From a virus (Duplodnaviria; Heunggongvirae; Uroviricota; Caudoviricetes), in IMG/VR virus record IMGVR_UViG_2563366953_000003: a DNA stretch of 46,537 nt, one strand, 5' to 3'. A program made the translations under genes and the position numbers. Positions 27,849 to 36,778 of the stretch are shown here, in pieces. The notes beneath the pieces were generated by a model that worked only from the letters and a program-made list of their open reading frames with translations, was not told where the DNA came from and did not search any database. Positions within the stretch are counted from its first letter, which is position 1; each line of letters begins with the position of its first letter.

Positions 27849-28337
27849 ATGGCTACCAACCCAAGAGAGCACGCCCGGCGAGTGCTGGACACGTTCTGGT
27901 GCGGGCGTGGTTTCCCTGTTGATCCAGCGAAAATTGCTCACGACATGGGATTAGATGTTTTTATTACCGATCTTCCTGGGAAAGTTTCTGGCGCACTGAT
28001 TAAACAAAAAGATCAAGATCCAGCGATCTTTCTAAACAGTGATGACAACAAAGTTCGTCAACGTTTTTCATGTGGGCATGAGTTGGGGCATTACATCGCC
28101 CGGCAAGCATCGCATAGCGATGAATATGAGTACGTTGATTTACGTGGCGAAACCGCAAGCGCCGGAACGCATCCTGATGAAATTTTTGCGAACAAGTTCG
28201 CAGCAGAACTTCTGATGCCGGTTGATGAGGTCAGAAAACTACACGCTGACGGCCAACCAAGTTATATAATGGCGCATTATTTTGGCGTATCTGACGATGC
28301 GATGACTTATCGTTTAAAGAACTTGAGGTTGGGGTAA
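27849..28337 (+). CDS. ImmA/IrrE-family zinc metallopeptidase (M78-like)
   Basis: 162 aa with HEXXH motif (SCGHELGHYI) in the typical ImmA context; GGAGG RBS 6 nt upstream; opposite strand to flanking phage genes. Confidence 0.7.
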   Translation: MATNPREHARRVLDTFWCGRGFPVDPAKIAHDMGLDVFITDLPGKVSGALIKQKDQDPAIFLNSDDNKVRQRFSCGHELGHYIARQASHSDEYEYVDLRGETASAGTHPDEIFANKFAAELLMPVDEVRKLHADGQPSYIMAHYFGVSDDAMTYRLKNLRLG

Positions 28338-28346
28338 CGCTTTAGA

Positions 28347-28952
28347 ATGCCATCGGATGACGATTTTAACAGCCGTTTCAAACAGGAAGTTGCACGCCGA
28401 CTGAAGGATTCCCTCAACCTACACCGTCAGTTAGCAGAAGAGGTTGAGCCGGAGGAGGATGAAACTCCGGTTCAGTCTCCTGATGAAACTTCACCTCAGC
28501 CAAAGATTTCGCACGCCCCCAAAAAACCGTCTGTCCGTATTCACGGAATAGCCAGAAAAAGAGCTGCCGAAGCTCGCAAAATGGCTGTAGCTGCGTCAAT
28601 CAAAAGAATTCCAACTGCTACACTATCTCAACAAGTCACCCGTACTGAGAGTAAAATCTTGACCGAGTTCACATCAGTGAAACAGGTGAATTCACTTGAT
28701 ACTGAGCATGAGCGCAAACAACTCAACAACAAAGATTTTGAAGCTGAAATCGATCTAAAAAAACGCTATGGCAAATGGTTCCTGATTATCCTTGCTTGCC
28801 AGCTTTTAATAATGAATGGTGTATTTTTTGCCACTGGTGCTGAATGGCTTGTATTTAAAGACTTAACGCTCCAGTTGTACATGGGCGGTACTTTGACAGA
28901 GGTATTCGGCCTCGTGCTGGTCGTGACAAAATACCTTTTTAAACGCAAGTAA
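28347..28952 (+). CDS. Membrane protein: charged low-complexity N-terminal region, two C-terminal TM helices
   Basis: 201 aa, 9 nt downstream of the ImmA-like gene (operon). Hydrophobic segments WFLIILACQLLIMNGVFFATGA and LTEVFGLVLVVTKYLF. Confidence 0.5.
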   Translation: MPSDDDFNSRFKQEVARRLKDSLNLHRQLAEEVEPEEDETPVQSPDETSPQPKISHAPKKPSVRIHGIARKRAAEARKMAVAASIKRIPTATLSQQVTRTESKILTEFTSVKQVNSLDTEHERKQLNNKDFEAEIDLKKRYGKWFLIILACQLLIMNGVFFATGAEWLVFKDLTLQLYMGGTLTEVFGLVLVVTKYLFKRK

Positions 28953-28977
28953 CTCTCTCGGTCCAACAGTCTTTCGG

Positions 28978-29010
28978 AGGCCCTGATCAAAGGGCCTTGA
29001 TAAATTAGCT
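28978..29010 (+). terminator. Weak terminator-like hairpin after the ImmA-membrane operon
   Basis: AGGCCCT-GATCAA-AGGGCCT followed by an interrupted T-tract. Confidence 0.3.
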
Positions 29011-29554
29011 GTGCGTTGAAAACAGATAGTTATTCCCATTAGTTCCAACGTAATACACATCAAAAAAATCACCATTCTTTTGCTCTAACGTCAACACCTA
29101 CCCTTAAAAGAATAATTCTCTAAGAATGAGAGAATGTTGTGTGTATTAGATAAGATATGAGCTGACACATCTATGGCGTGGAGCCGAATTTAATTTGACA
29201 GTCCACTTTGTGCCAGGAACGGACCTTAAGAAACTATCCGTAATCTTCAGGCCGATTTGTATGTCTATACCTTACAGAACTGCCAGGAGTTATTGATATT
29301 TGATAGTCGGTGAATAGCTGGCGACAATCCCCCCATATATTATATAGTAAAGATAAATTACAACTAAAAAATCATAAAAAATATCATCCATGCCTGTATA
29401 GTTTTTTAGAAGGGCTGTTTCATATGAAATGAATGCCAAAAAAATTTAGATCATGTTTTTATTTCCACATCTTTTGAAGATTTTATTTTCAATATTATCT
29501 ATCTCTTTCCTCACCCATGAATTTTCTCCAGCAGAGATAAATTAAAAAATCTCA

Positions 29555-30907
29555 CTACGCATCTATTTCGGCATAGAACATTCGCAAAATAAATTTTCTA
29601 AAGTGCTGGTGGGATTTAAGGAAATTGACGCCTAAGTATGGCATGTCTCCATGAAGAGGGTGGTTTTCCAATCCGTTATTCTTACAAAAATCATAATCTA
29701 ATTTAAGAATGTCAGTATAGAGATGTCGTATTAAACCTGTAGACCTAATAGCGAAGTTATTACAGAAAACATCCTCAAGTAGAGACCTTTGATAGATTTC
29801 CCAATTCATAAAGCCATATTCAACGTGGACGTATTTCCCATCTGTATTTCTAGTGGTGAGTTCAATTACCTGCTTACCTATACGATATAATTGAGAGATC
29901 CATGTACAATGTAAACCACTTAGGACATCAATATTAGCCTCATATAGTTCTCCTTCACCTAGTTTACCAATTAATTCAGATATGTGAGGAGTGTAAGAAT
30001 TTGGGTCTGGAATATCATCATAGTTGTCGTCTTCTGTGGATAAATGCTGGACACTCCCGACAGCATAAGGATTCATGCCAACTAGTACTAATGAATTCGT
30101 AAAAGGTAATGCCTGAGATAATTCAGGCCATAACTGAGAGCAATAAGTAAAACCATGAACTCCAGATTCTTCCATATACTGAGCTGCAAGGCAGGAAATG
30201 TTATCAAATTGACTAACAAATGAATGTAAAAGTTCTTCTCCTCTAGCTGCATCCCATCGCTCTGCGTCATACTCCCAGGATAATTTACAGACACTAAAAC
30301 TATCTTCTCTAAATGCAATATTTGAGAAAGTCGCTAACTCTGTTTGGTCTGGAATCCATAATTCAAGTTTAAGAGAGGTAATATCAAGAGGATCAGAGAA
30401 TGTTGGAATTAAAGTAATGATATCCCTATTGTCAAATATTAAACTTTGGATGACAGCATCACGTGCTATTCTGGTTTCCATTGGTGATATTAAAATATAC
30501 ACACTGTCATTTTTCGTCATGGATGGAAATAATGTTGTCATATGGTTTGAATATGCTAACAATTCAGTGAATGCTTGCCTTTCAGTTTGTTCACTTTTTT
30601 TAAGCTCTATGACAGCAAGCCCAGTATCATCACAGAATATAGCCAAAAAATCGGCTCTAATTGTTGAGTTTGAATTTTGTTCTAAAGGAACTTCGCAGCC
30701 GATAAATTCCAGTCCATAAAGCTTAGAGTGAAGATTGGATAGTTTACTATTTATTCTGTTTTTTATTAGCAGTTGTGCTGTTACATCAGAGAGATCTTCG
30801 TTGAATTCAAGTACTTCAAGACCTGCAGGTTCAATAAGCAGTTCGGGAAAATTGTTCCTATTTTCCCATATGTAATTTTGTATTTCCTTTTCTGTGAATT
30901 TAATCAT
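29555..30907 (-). CDS. Hypothetical protein with N-terminal PD-(D/E)xK-like nuclease signature (AT-rich island cargo)
   Basis: 450 aa; IRADFLAIFCDDTGLAVIELKKSEQ has the D...(D/E)xK pattern; strongly AT-rich codon usage unlike the flanking phage genes. Confidence 0.5.
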   Translation of the reverse strand: MIKFTEKEIQNYIWENRNNFPELLIEPAGLEVLEFNEDLSDVTAQLLIKNRINSKLSNLHSKLYGLEFIGCEVPLEQNSNSTIRADFLAIFCDDTGLAVIELKKSEQTERQAFTELLAYSNHMTTLFPSMTKNDSVYILISPMETRIARDAVIQSLIFDNRDIITLIPTFSDPLDITSLKLELWIPDQTELATFSNIAFREDSFSVCKLSWEYDAERWDAARGEELLHSFVSQFDNISCLAAQYMEESGVHGFTYCSQLWPELSQALPFTNSLVLVGMNPYAVGSVQHLSTEDDNYDDIPDPNSYTPHISELIGKLGEGELYEANIDVLSGLHCTWISQLYRIGKQVIELTTRNTDGKYVHVEYGFMNWEIYQRSLLEDVFCNNFAIRSTGLIRHLYTDILKLDYDFCKNNGLENHPLHGDMPYLGVNFLKSHQHFRKFILRMFYAEIDA

Positions 30908-31440
30908 TAATCAACCCTTATTATTACTTATATAATTGCCACCATCTTGATGGTTATAAAATTATGTACAATTAATTATATTTTTTAAAGTTACGGCCTT
31001 CAGTGTTCCCTAATGTACTGTTTCATATGTAATGATATCTATACTGTCTCATCTAGCAAGGTTACAAACAAAATTTTTCTTCCGGAAATGTGATCATGGC
31101 GATAAATCAACATGAGAGTTTATCTACATTGTACATAGTTAAAGCATAAGCAGGTGTGAGTAAGAAACTAGAGCATACTGAAGATTCGCTTGCTCACTGG
31201 AATTACACAATTTTACTGAGTGGATGGCGTTGCATCGACCCGTTGAACTCACAGCCATGAGCGGACATGTTTTACAGCGGAATAAATTCAGCATAGTTAG
31301 TGGATTTACACGGAGGATTAGTTTTTGAGAAATCTTGATAAAATTGTAGAGCTTGTTAATATGAAAACAAGAAATTAAACTAACAGTCAAATAAAGAAGC
31401 TCAAACACATCCCCTACTTAATTGAAAAGGATTATTAGCT

Positions 31441-32340
31441 ATGATTGCCCCACTTATTAGTAACTTACAGAAAGATATTGCGCTACTTCAGCTTTATATC
31501 GAACAACGCAAACAGACTGGCTTTCATGACATGGAAAGAATGATTGAGTCATTGACCATTTATATGTTTCGCGCACTGAAAATGGGGGAACTGGAAAACA
31601 TGAATCAGATTAAAGTTAACTTTCCCGCCATTGATTTAGCTGACAATAAAAACATGATAGCAGTTCAAGTTACAACGAAAGCAACCCCGGCAAAAATTAA
31701 AAAAACAATCGCAGCCTTTGAAAAAGAAAATAAATCAGGAAAGAGTCTAAAAGACATATACCCTTTTTTATATATTTTTGGGTTTTGTAAAAGCTCAAAA
31801 TGCTCAGTTCCAAGTTATTGTAAAGTAATCGACCCCAGCTATTTTGTAAATGAACTTTGCGATAAAGCAGATGAAAATATGATCCTTGATATGCTTGATG
31901 CCATTCATCGCCATCAGGATTATACATTATTATCGCCATGGGATGATAGAGATTCACTCGAAATAATACTCAATGTTATTAATCGCAATGCTATTAAACA
32001 CAGGATGAGTTGCGAAGGAAGCATATCTGATATGCTTGCCGGTTTAAAAGAAATTAACGAAATAATTACAAAAGGTACAATCCAACGTAAGCAACGTTCA
32101 AAATCGATATCTGATTTCAAGGATCAAAGCATGGTTAAATTCCTGAGAGGTGTAATGGATGATCTGTCTGTTATTCAAGCCATAGTGAACAAATCAAAAG
32201 TTAACCAAAGTGATATGGTTTGTATTAGCTCTGAAGATATGATTAACATTGATAATTTAAAAGATAAAATTGCAAACGATTCATCAGAGATTGCAAGGCT
32301 AAATAATATTGATATAATACTAAAAATTGTTGAATTATAA
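31441..32340 (+). CDS. Hypothetical protein (AT-rich island cargo)
   Basis: 299 aa, AT-rich, divergent from the 450-aa gene across a roughly 530-bp AT-rich intergenic region. Confidence 0.45.
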   Translation: MIAPLISNLQKDIALLQLYIEQRKQTGFHDMERMIESLTIYMFRALKMGELENMNQIKVNFPAIDLADNKNMIAVQVTTKATPAKIKKTIAAFEKENKSGKSLKDIYPFLYIFGFCKSSKCSVPSYCKVIDPSYFVNELCDKADENMILDMLDAIHRHQDYTLLSPWDDRDSLEIILNVINRNAIKHRMSCEGSISDMLAGLKEINEIITKGTIQRKQRSKSISDFKDQSMVKFLRGVMDDLSVIQAIVNKSKVNQSDMVCISSEDMINIDNLKDKIANDSSEIARLNNIDIILKIVEL

Positions 32341-32667
32341 GTAGCGATTTAATAATAACAAATAATAAACAGCAGGCTTCATTGAATAATATTTATTTGG
32401 AGCCTCTTTATTGTTTATCGACTTTATTTCTTCACTTATACCTGTCCTGTTGAAGAAGACCGTTATGTACAAGAAGCTGTTAACATAAGTGAGCATCATT
32501 ATCTATGATTAGGAAAAACATGGAAAAGTTTGTACTGAATTTTTCCAACGTTTTGACAAAAGTCTGTAATCCTGCAGTAACTTGATGAGGTGGGGCGTGT
32601 TGCCCCTACCCCAGCGAGTTAATAAGTAATAAGAAAATGGCACCCTCTAATATTATTTTTAAATTTA

Positions 32668-33333
32668 CTAATTATGTTTATTTTTACCAACAACCACATA
32701 TGAACTGCCAGCTTTGCTCCATGACTTTATTACTGCTAAATTGTTATCTAAGCAAATTTTACTTACAATATTCTCATCCAATAAGCCATAATAGAAAGCA
32801 TTGCGAGAGTTTTGGTATATATATCCATGCAAATGTTTAATTCCAGTCTCATACTTTTTGAAATAAGAGCTTTTGTATTGATTAACAATAATTGCTTCAC
32901 CATCATTTTTTAATAATCTCCCAATCTCATTGATGATTTTGTAAATTGTTGATTTACATGGAATTGCGGAAAGCACGTTTGCGCAAAGTATGAAATCATA
33001 ATTATCTTTTATTTTATCTATACTTTCAAAAGGGACAACATTAGCATTTTTATAATTATTAGCCACATACTCTGGAATTGTGGTTTGTACGCCTCTGATA
33101 ATTTGCACTCTTTCTAACTGTTTTCTGGAATCTAAAAATGTCACAGCTTCAAATTTATTTACTAATTGTTCTGAATATCTAAGCTTTCCACATCCGAAAT
33201 CAAGGGCTATGCCATTTTTAACAGAATTTTCAATATAGTTACAGAGATAGTTAGATGGCATAGTATGCGGTTTTGCTGCATTTTCTGAACGTATAGTCAT
33301 TCCATTTATTTTGTAATTCAAAACTAACCTCAT
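32668..33333 (-). CDS. Class I SAM-dependent methyltransferase (small-molecule/RNA type, not an obvious DNA MTase)
   Basis: 221 aa; motif I LDFGCGKL, acidic post-I VTFLD, motif II FDFILCANVL, motif III LLKNDGEAIIV; no DPPY/NPPY-type motif. Start ATG abuts the upstream stop (TAAATG). Confidence 0.65.
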   Translation of the reverse strand: MRLVLNYKINGMTIRSENAAKPHTMPSNYLCNYIENSVKNGIALDFGCGKLRYSEQLVNKFEAVTFLDSRKQLERVQIIRGVQTTIPEYVANNYKNANVVPFESIDKIKDNYDFILCANVLSAIPCKSTIYKIINEIGRLLKNDGEAIIVNQYKSSYFKKYETGIKHLHGYIYQNSRNAFYYGLLDENIVSKICLDNNLAVIKSWSKAGSSYVVVGKNKHN

Positions 33334-34041
33334 TTAAAAAATACTGTTATTATTAAAAAATTCCTTTATCTTATCATCAGGTATTTGTCTGACTTGGCCT
33401 TCAGTTCTGGGTTTAACGGATGCAATAAAAATAAGAAAATTAAAGACAACAATAAAAATAACCCACAACCAAAGATTTTTTAAAGAACCGGTTACAGAGA
33501 GTAAATGGGTTATTTTAGCAAAACTTATTACTAAAACAGTAATAAATGCAATCACAGTATGTTCAAAGAAAACCCAAAAGTAATAAACCTTATTCCAGAA
33601 GAGCTCAACATAATGTTTATCTTTTAACTCATTAACTTCTGGGTAATACAGTTTGTTCATTACTTTGGAGGATTCATCACTAGTTAATTTTCTTGTAATG
33701 CCTGCAACTTGCGCCAATGGTTTAACAATTAAGTAATTATCCCATGCTTTTCTTATTCCAAGAATTTTTGCCACGTTATTATGTAGATCTAAAGCCCCAC
33801 TAATCACAGACCAAAAAATTGAGAATGCAATTGGTAATATGCCGAATGTTAATATCCACTTAATAAATTCTTCGTAGTCTTTGATTGGTGGAATGTACTT
33901 GGCATTAATTCCAACCAATGGTATGTAGCCATAAATAACCAATGATAGGTAAAATATAAATGTAGTAATAAAAGTTGCCTTATGGAGCATGGGTAACATT
34001 TCATTATAATTCTTTGGCGGTTCTAACATTTTACTCTCCAA
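33334..34041 (-). CDS. Polytopic membrane protein (co-operonic with the methyltransferase)
   Basis: 235 aa with about 4-5 hydrophobic helices; AT-rich. Confidence 0.5.
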   Translation of the reverse strand: MESKMLEPPKNYNEMLPMLHKATFITTFIFYLSLVIYGYIPLVGINAKYIPPIKDYEEFIKWILTFGILPIAFSIFWSVISGALDLHNNVAKILGIRKAWDNYLIVKPLAQVAGITRKLTSDESSKVMNKLYYPEVNELKDKHYVELFWNKVYYFWVFFEHTVIAFITVLVISFAKITHLLSVTGSLKNLWLWVIFIVVFNFLIFIASVKPRTEGQVRQIPDDKIKEFFNNNSIF

Positions 34042-34408
34042 ACATTCAGAAAACGTTAGTTTTATATAATTGCACGATTTTACTAACGCACTTAAAGTTT
34101 AAATACTACTAGTCTTTTTATTTAACACTGCAATTTTATCTAAATCTTATTGATTGATCTAGTCCTCGAAGAAGCCTGCCATACATATATCTTTTCTGAC
34201 TGCATCCACTTTTATGTCTGTCACATCCACACTAGCTCCTGTAATATTTTAAATACCTCAAATCCGTCATCAGTACCGACGCTTAAATGTTCGATCCTCA
34301 CTCACTGCGGACCCTCAGCTCAGCCAGATAGTCCGCTTTGTGACAAAAGTGGAAGTAGCTAACAAGTATCCTAAGCGCAAATAGAGTATTTCCGCCCCAA
34401 ACAACCTG

Positions 34409-35203
34409 TCAAAATGCTGAGTCAGCAACAGATACAGCCGACTTTTTTCCCATTAGCATCAATTTATCCAACGTCATACTTCGCAGGTTGTCGCTGTGGA
34501 TCACCAGATACCCAGCCCGCTCAGCGATCTCTTTGAAAGCGTCAAAGGTCATCAGATGTTCGCCTTTGGCAACATGGCGCATTCTGGTCACTTTTCCATT
34601 TTTGATAGTGGTGATAAAAGAAAAATCTGGAATGGTTGGCTGATTTTCATCGAGCAGCAGGCAGTGGATGTATTCAATCGCCTCTAACATTTGCGTCTGT
34701 GACAGTTGTTCTATGTGAGAGACGGCGAAACGTTGGTGAATCATGGTGTAGGCATCGGGATACATCATGCCTTTCTTGCCGACCAGCATATTAACGGCAT
34801 CACGTAAGGGAGTACGGTCATCGGTGGTTGTACTCCGCCTCTCTGGACGCTGGCTAAAATAACAATCTTCCAGCTTTTCGAAAACTTCCCAGGCCTGTTC
34901 TGTTTCCAGCATTTTGGCATGGCGAGCTGCGCCGCGTTCTGTCCAGAGGATGAGAGAGCGGACATTTCTGGCGATTTTCACAGGAGGTCTTAAAGACATG
35001 CTGTGCTTAAATTCGCGCAACTCCTCACCTTCGAGCAAAAAGTAATGCTTCCCGACCACGAATCGCTCTGAGTTCCGGTTATGGTTTTTACGAATGTAAT
35101 CCGGCTCTGTGCCATAGAGATTCGCGAGTAACTCGGTGGTGAGGACGGGAAGTTGGTTGTGGATAATCGGGGAGATGGCTGCTGCGGATACTTGAGTTGT
35201 CAT
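34409..35203 (-). CDS. Phage antirepressor (ORF6N/KilA-N-like N-terminal domain)
   Basis: 264 aa; N-terminal LPVLTTELLANLYGTEPDYIRKNHNRNSERFVVGKHYFLL typical of ORF6N-type antirepressors. Confidence 0.55.
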   Translation of the reverse strand: MTTQVSAAAISPIIHNQLPVLTTELLANLYGTEPDYIRKNHNRNSERFVVGKHYFLLEGEELREFKHSMSLRPPVKIARNVRSLILWTERGAARHAKMLETEQAWEVFEKLEDCYFSQRPERRSTTTDDRTPLRDAVNMLVGKKGMMYPDAYTMIHQRFAVSHIEQLSQTQMLEAIEYIHCLLLDENQPTIPDFSFITTIKNGKVTRMRHVAKGEHLMTFDAFKEIAERAGYLVIHSDNLRSMTLDKLMLMGKKSAVSVADSAF

Positions 35204-35475
35204 AGCGATTTCCTTTTAGTCGGATAATCACCCCCCTCAGGTGCAAATCTTTGGGTGGTGAGACATGCAGGGTTTGCACTACCGGCTAAAAGGACCCGGC
35301 GAGCCTTTCGACTCCCCTACACGCCCCACCATAAATCGCGGATGTGGCTGTGCGCACGACAATAAAAAAGACGCTGGCGCGTCGTTGTCGCCTTTTAGAT
35401 ATCCGGGGTGCAAATCCCGGCAACCGATTTTGCGGCTGCGCGGAAACTATAGCCCCGGGCTTTTTCTAAGTCAAT

Positions 35476-35697
35476 TCAATCAACTTCAAACCTCCGGTGT
35501 TCACATTCCATACACTCAACGGGAACATCATCGCGATGCAAGTCCACATATCCGACCCGCTTATACAACTCAATAATGTCCGGTAACGTGACTAAATGTT
35601 TTTCCGGTTCCAACACCTCAGCCCTGGTTACTTTGTAATCTGAAATATAGAGCACTATCCGCCCGTTCCGTGGTAACTCCAGGTTATCGCCAAACAT
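35476..35697 (-). CDS. Small hypothetical protein
   Basis: 73-aa ORF; weak support. Confidence 0.3.
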   Translation of the reverse strand: MFGDNLELPRNGRIVLYISDYKVTRAEVLEPEKHLVTLPDIIELYKRVGYVDLHRDDVPVECMECEHRRFEVD

Positions 35698-35884
35698 ATC
35701 CTTTCCCTCCAGGAAACCAATGATATTGACGATATTACACCCACAACGATTCGTTTTACGTCACTTCGCAATCACCATACATACGTACCAATCCGTACAT
35801 TCCCACCACAAAAATGGCATTCGGCGGGGGCCGGTAATGGATTTTTAACGCGTGCTATTGTCTTGCGACGTATTTTCAACTCAC

Positions 35885-36109
35885 TCATACAGCCTCCCTG
35901 CCCTCAAACGGGCGAATATTTGTTGGCTCTCCACACGGAATGGCCCACCCCAACCACGTTAATATTTTCAGGTCACACATCGCGTCATACTGCTCACCGG
36001 GGATAATGTCGATCATGCTGCATACAATTTCGTATTGATCATTAACGGCACTCAACGCCACCTTGTCGTTAATAAATCGTGGAATAAATGCGAGTAAAAT
36101 TTCGTTCAT
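35885..36109 (-). CDS. nin-like small hypothetical protein
   Basis: 74-aa ORF overlapping the next gene by 4 nt. Confidence 0.35.
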   Translation of the reverse strand: MNEILLAFIPRFINDKVALSAVNDQYEIVCSMIDIIPGEQYDAMCDLKILTWLGWAIPCGEPTNIRPFEGREAV

Positions 36110-36339
36110 TTTTCTCGTTCCCCTCTCCAGTAATTCAGTCGGTCCCTGAAAAACTCCCGGTAATTATCAGGAGTATTTTTCAACGCCTCTGTAACCGTGC
36201 CGCGTGGTATTCGTTTTTCGTATAACTGGCGAATCAGCCCGGCGGCGCGCAAATCGTAATGTTCCAGTATTTGATACTCCTGCGGCCATGCTGCCCTGTT
36301 GTGTGGCAACCCAGCCGGGAGATAATCTGCGCCAGTCAT
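36106..36339 (-). CDS. nin-like small hypothetical protein
   Basis: 77-aa ORF translationally coupled to neighbours. Confidence 0.35.
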   Translation of the reverse strand: MTGADYLPAGLPHNRAAWPQEYQILEHYDLRAAGLIRQLYEKRIPRGTVTEALKNTPDNYREFFRDRLNYWRGEREK

Positions 36340-36740
36340 TATTTTTTGCCCTTCTTCCTGATGGGCTTCACGGTGTCGAGTAACAACCGGGTGCTGCCTG
36401 ATGCGCCTAAGCGGTAACCTGTTTTTTTATCGTAGTTCTCCCTTACACCTGCAGACCACGCAGTCGCTGTTTCACGGAGTTTTACTGTGCGCTCGCCAGT
36501 ATTTTTAATAACAACGCCGGTATGCGTTTTGGCAGTCCCTGATGTTATTTCTGCCGGGCGGATAACTGCTACGTGCTCAGGTTTTGCAATTACCACAACG
36601 TCAGTGTTTTTAGGTGGCGGGCAATATGTCGAGCGGGTACGTGCTCGCGCGGCTGCGTTCATGTGCCACAGAATTGAATCCAGGTAGTTTTTACCGTCGT
36701 CACTATAGTGCGCACTCGTGTGGTTAATTAATTGGGTCAT
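36339..36740 (-). CDS. Hypothetical protein downstream of the helicase
   Basis: 133-aa ORF with basic C-terminus. Confidence 0.4.
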   Translation of the reverse strand: MTQLINHTSAHYSDDGKNYLDSILWHMNAAARARTRSTYCPPPKNTDVVVIAKPEHVAVIRPAEITSGTAKTHTGVVIKNTGERTVKLRETATAWSAGVRENYDKKTGYRLGASGSTRLLLDTVKPIRKKGKK

Positions 36741-36778
36741 TGGTCTTTCCTCGGTTATTTCACGCTGGTCAGACGTGG

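Noticed and set aside
32668-33333. Methyltransferase as part of a restriction-modification system
   Set aside because: No DPPY/NPPY-type catalytic motif and no adjacent endonuclease-like gene in the same operon; motifs fit a non-DNA class I methyltransferase. A link to the PD-(D/E)xK-like gene 1.8 kb away cannot be excluded but is not supported by operon structure.
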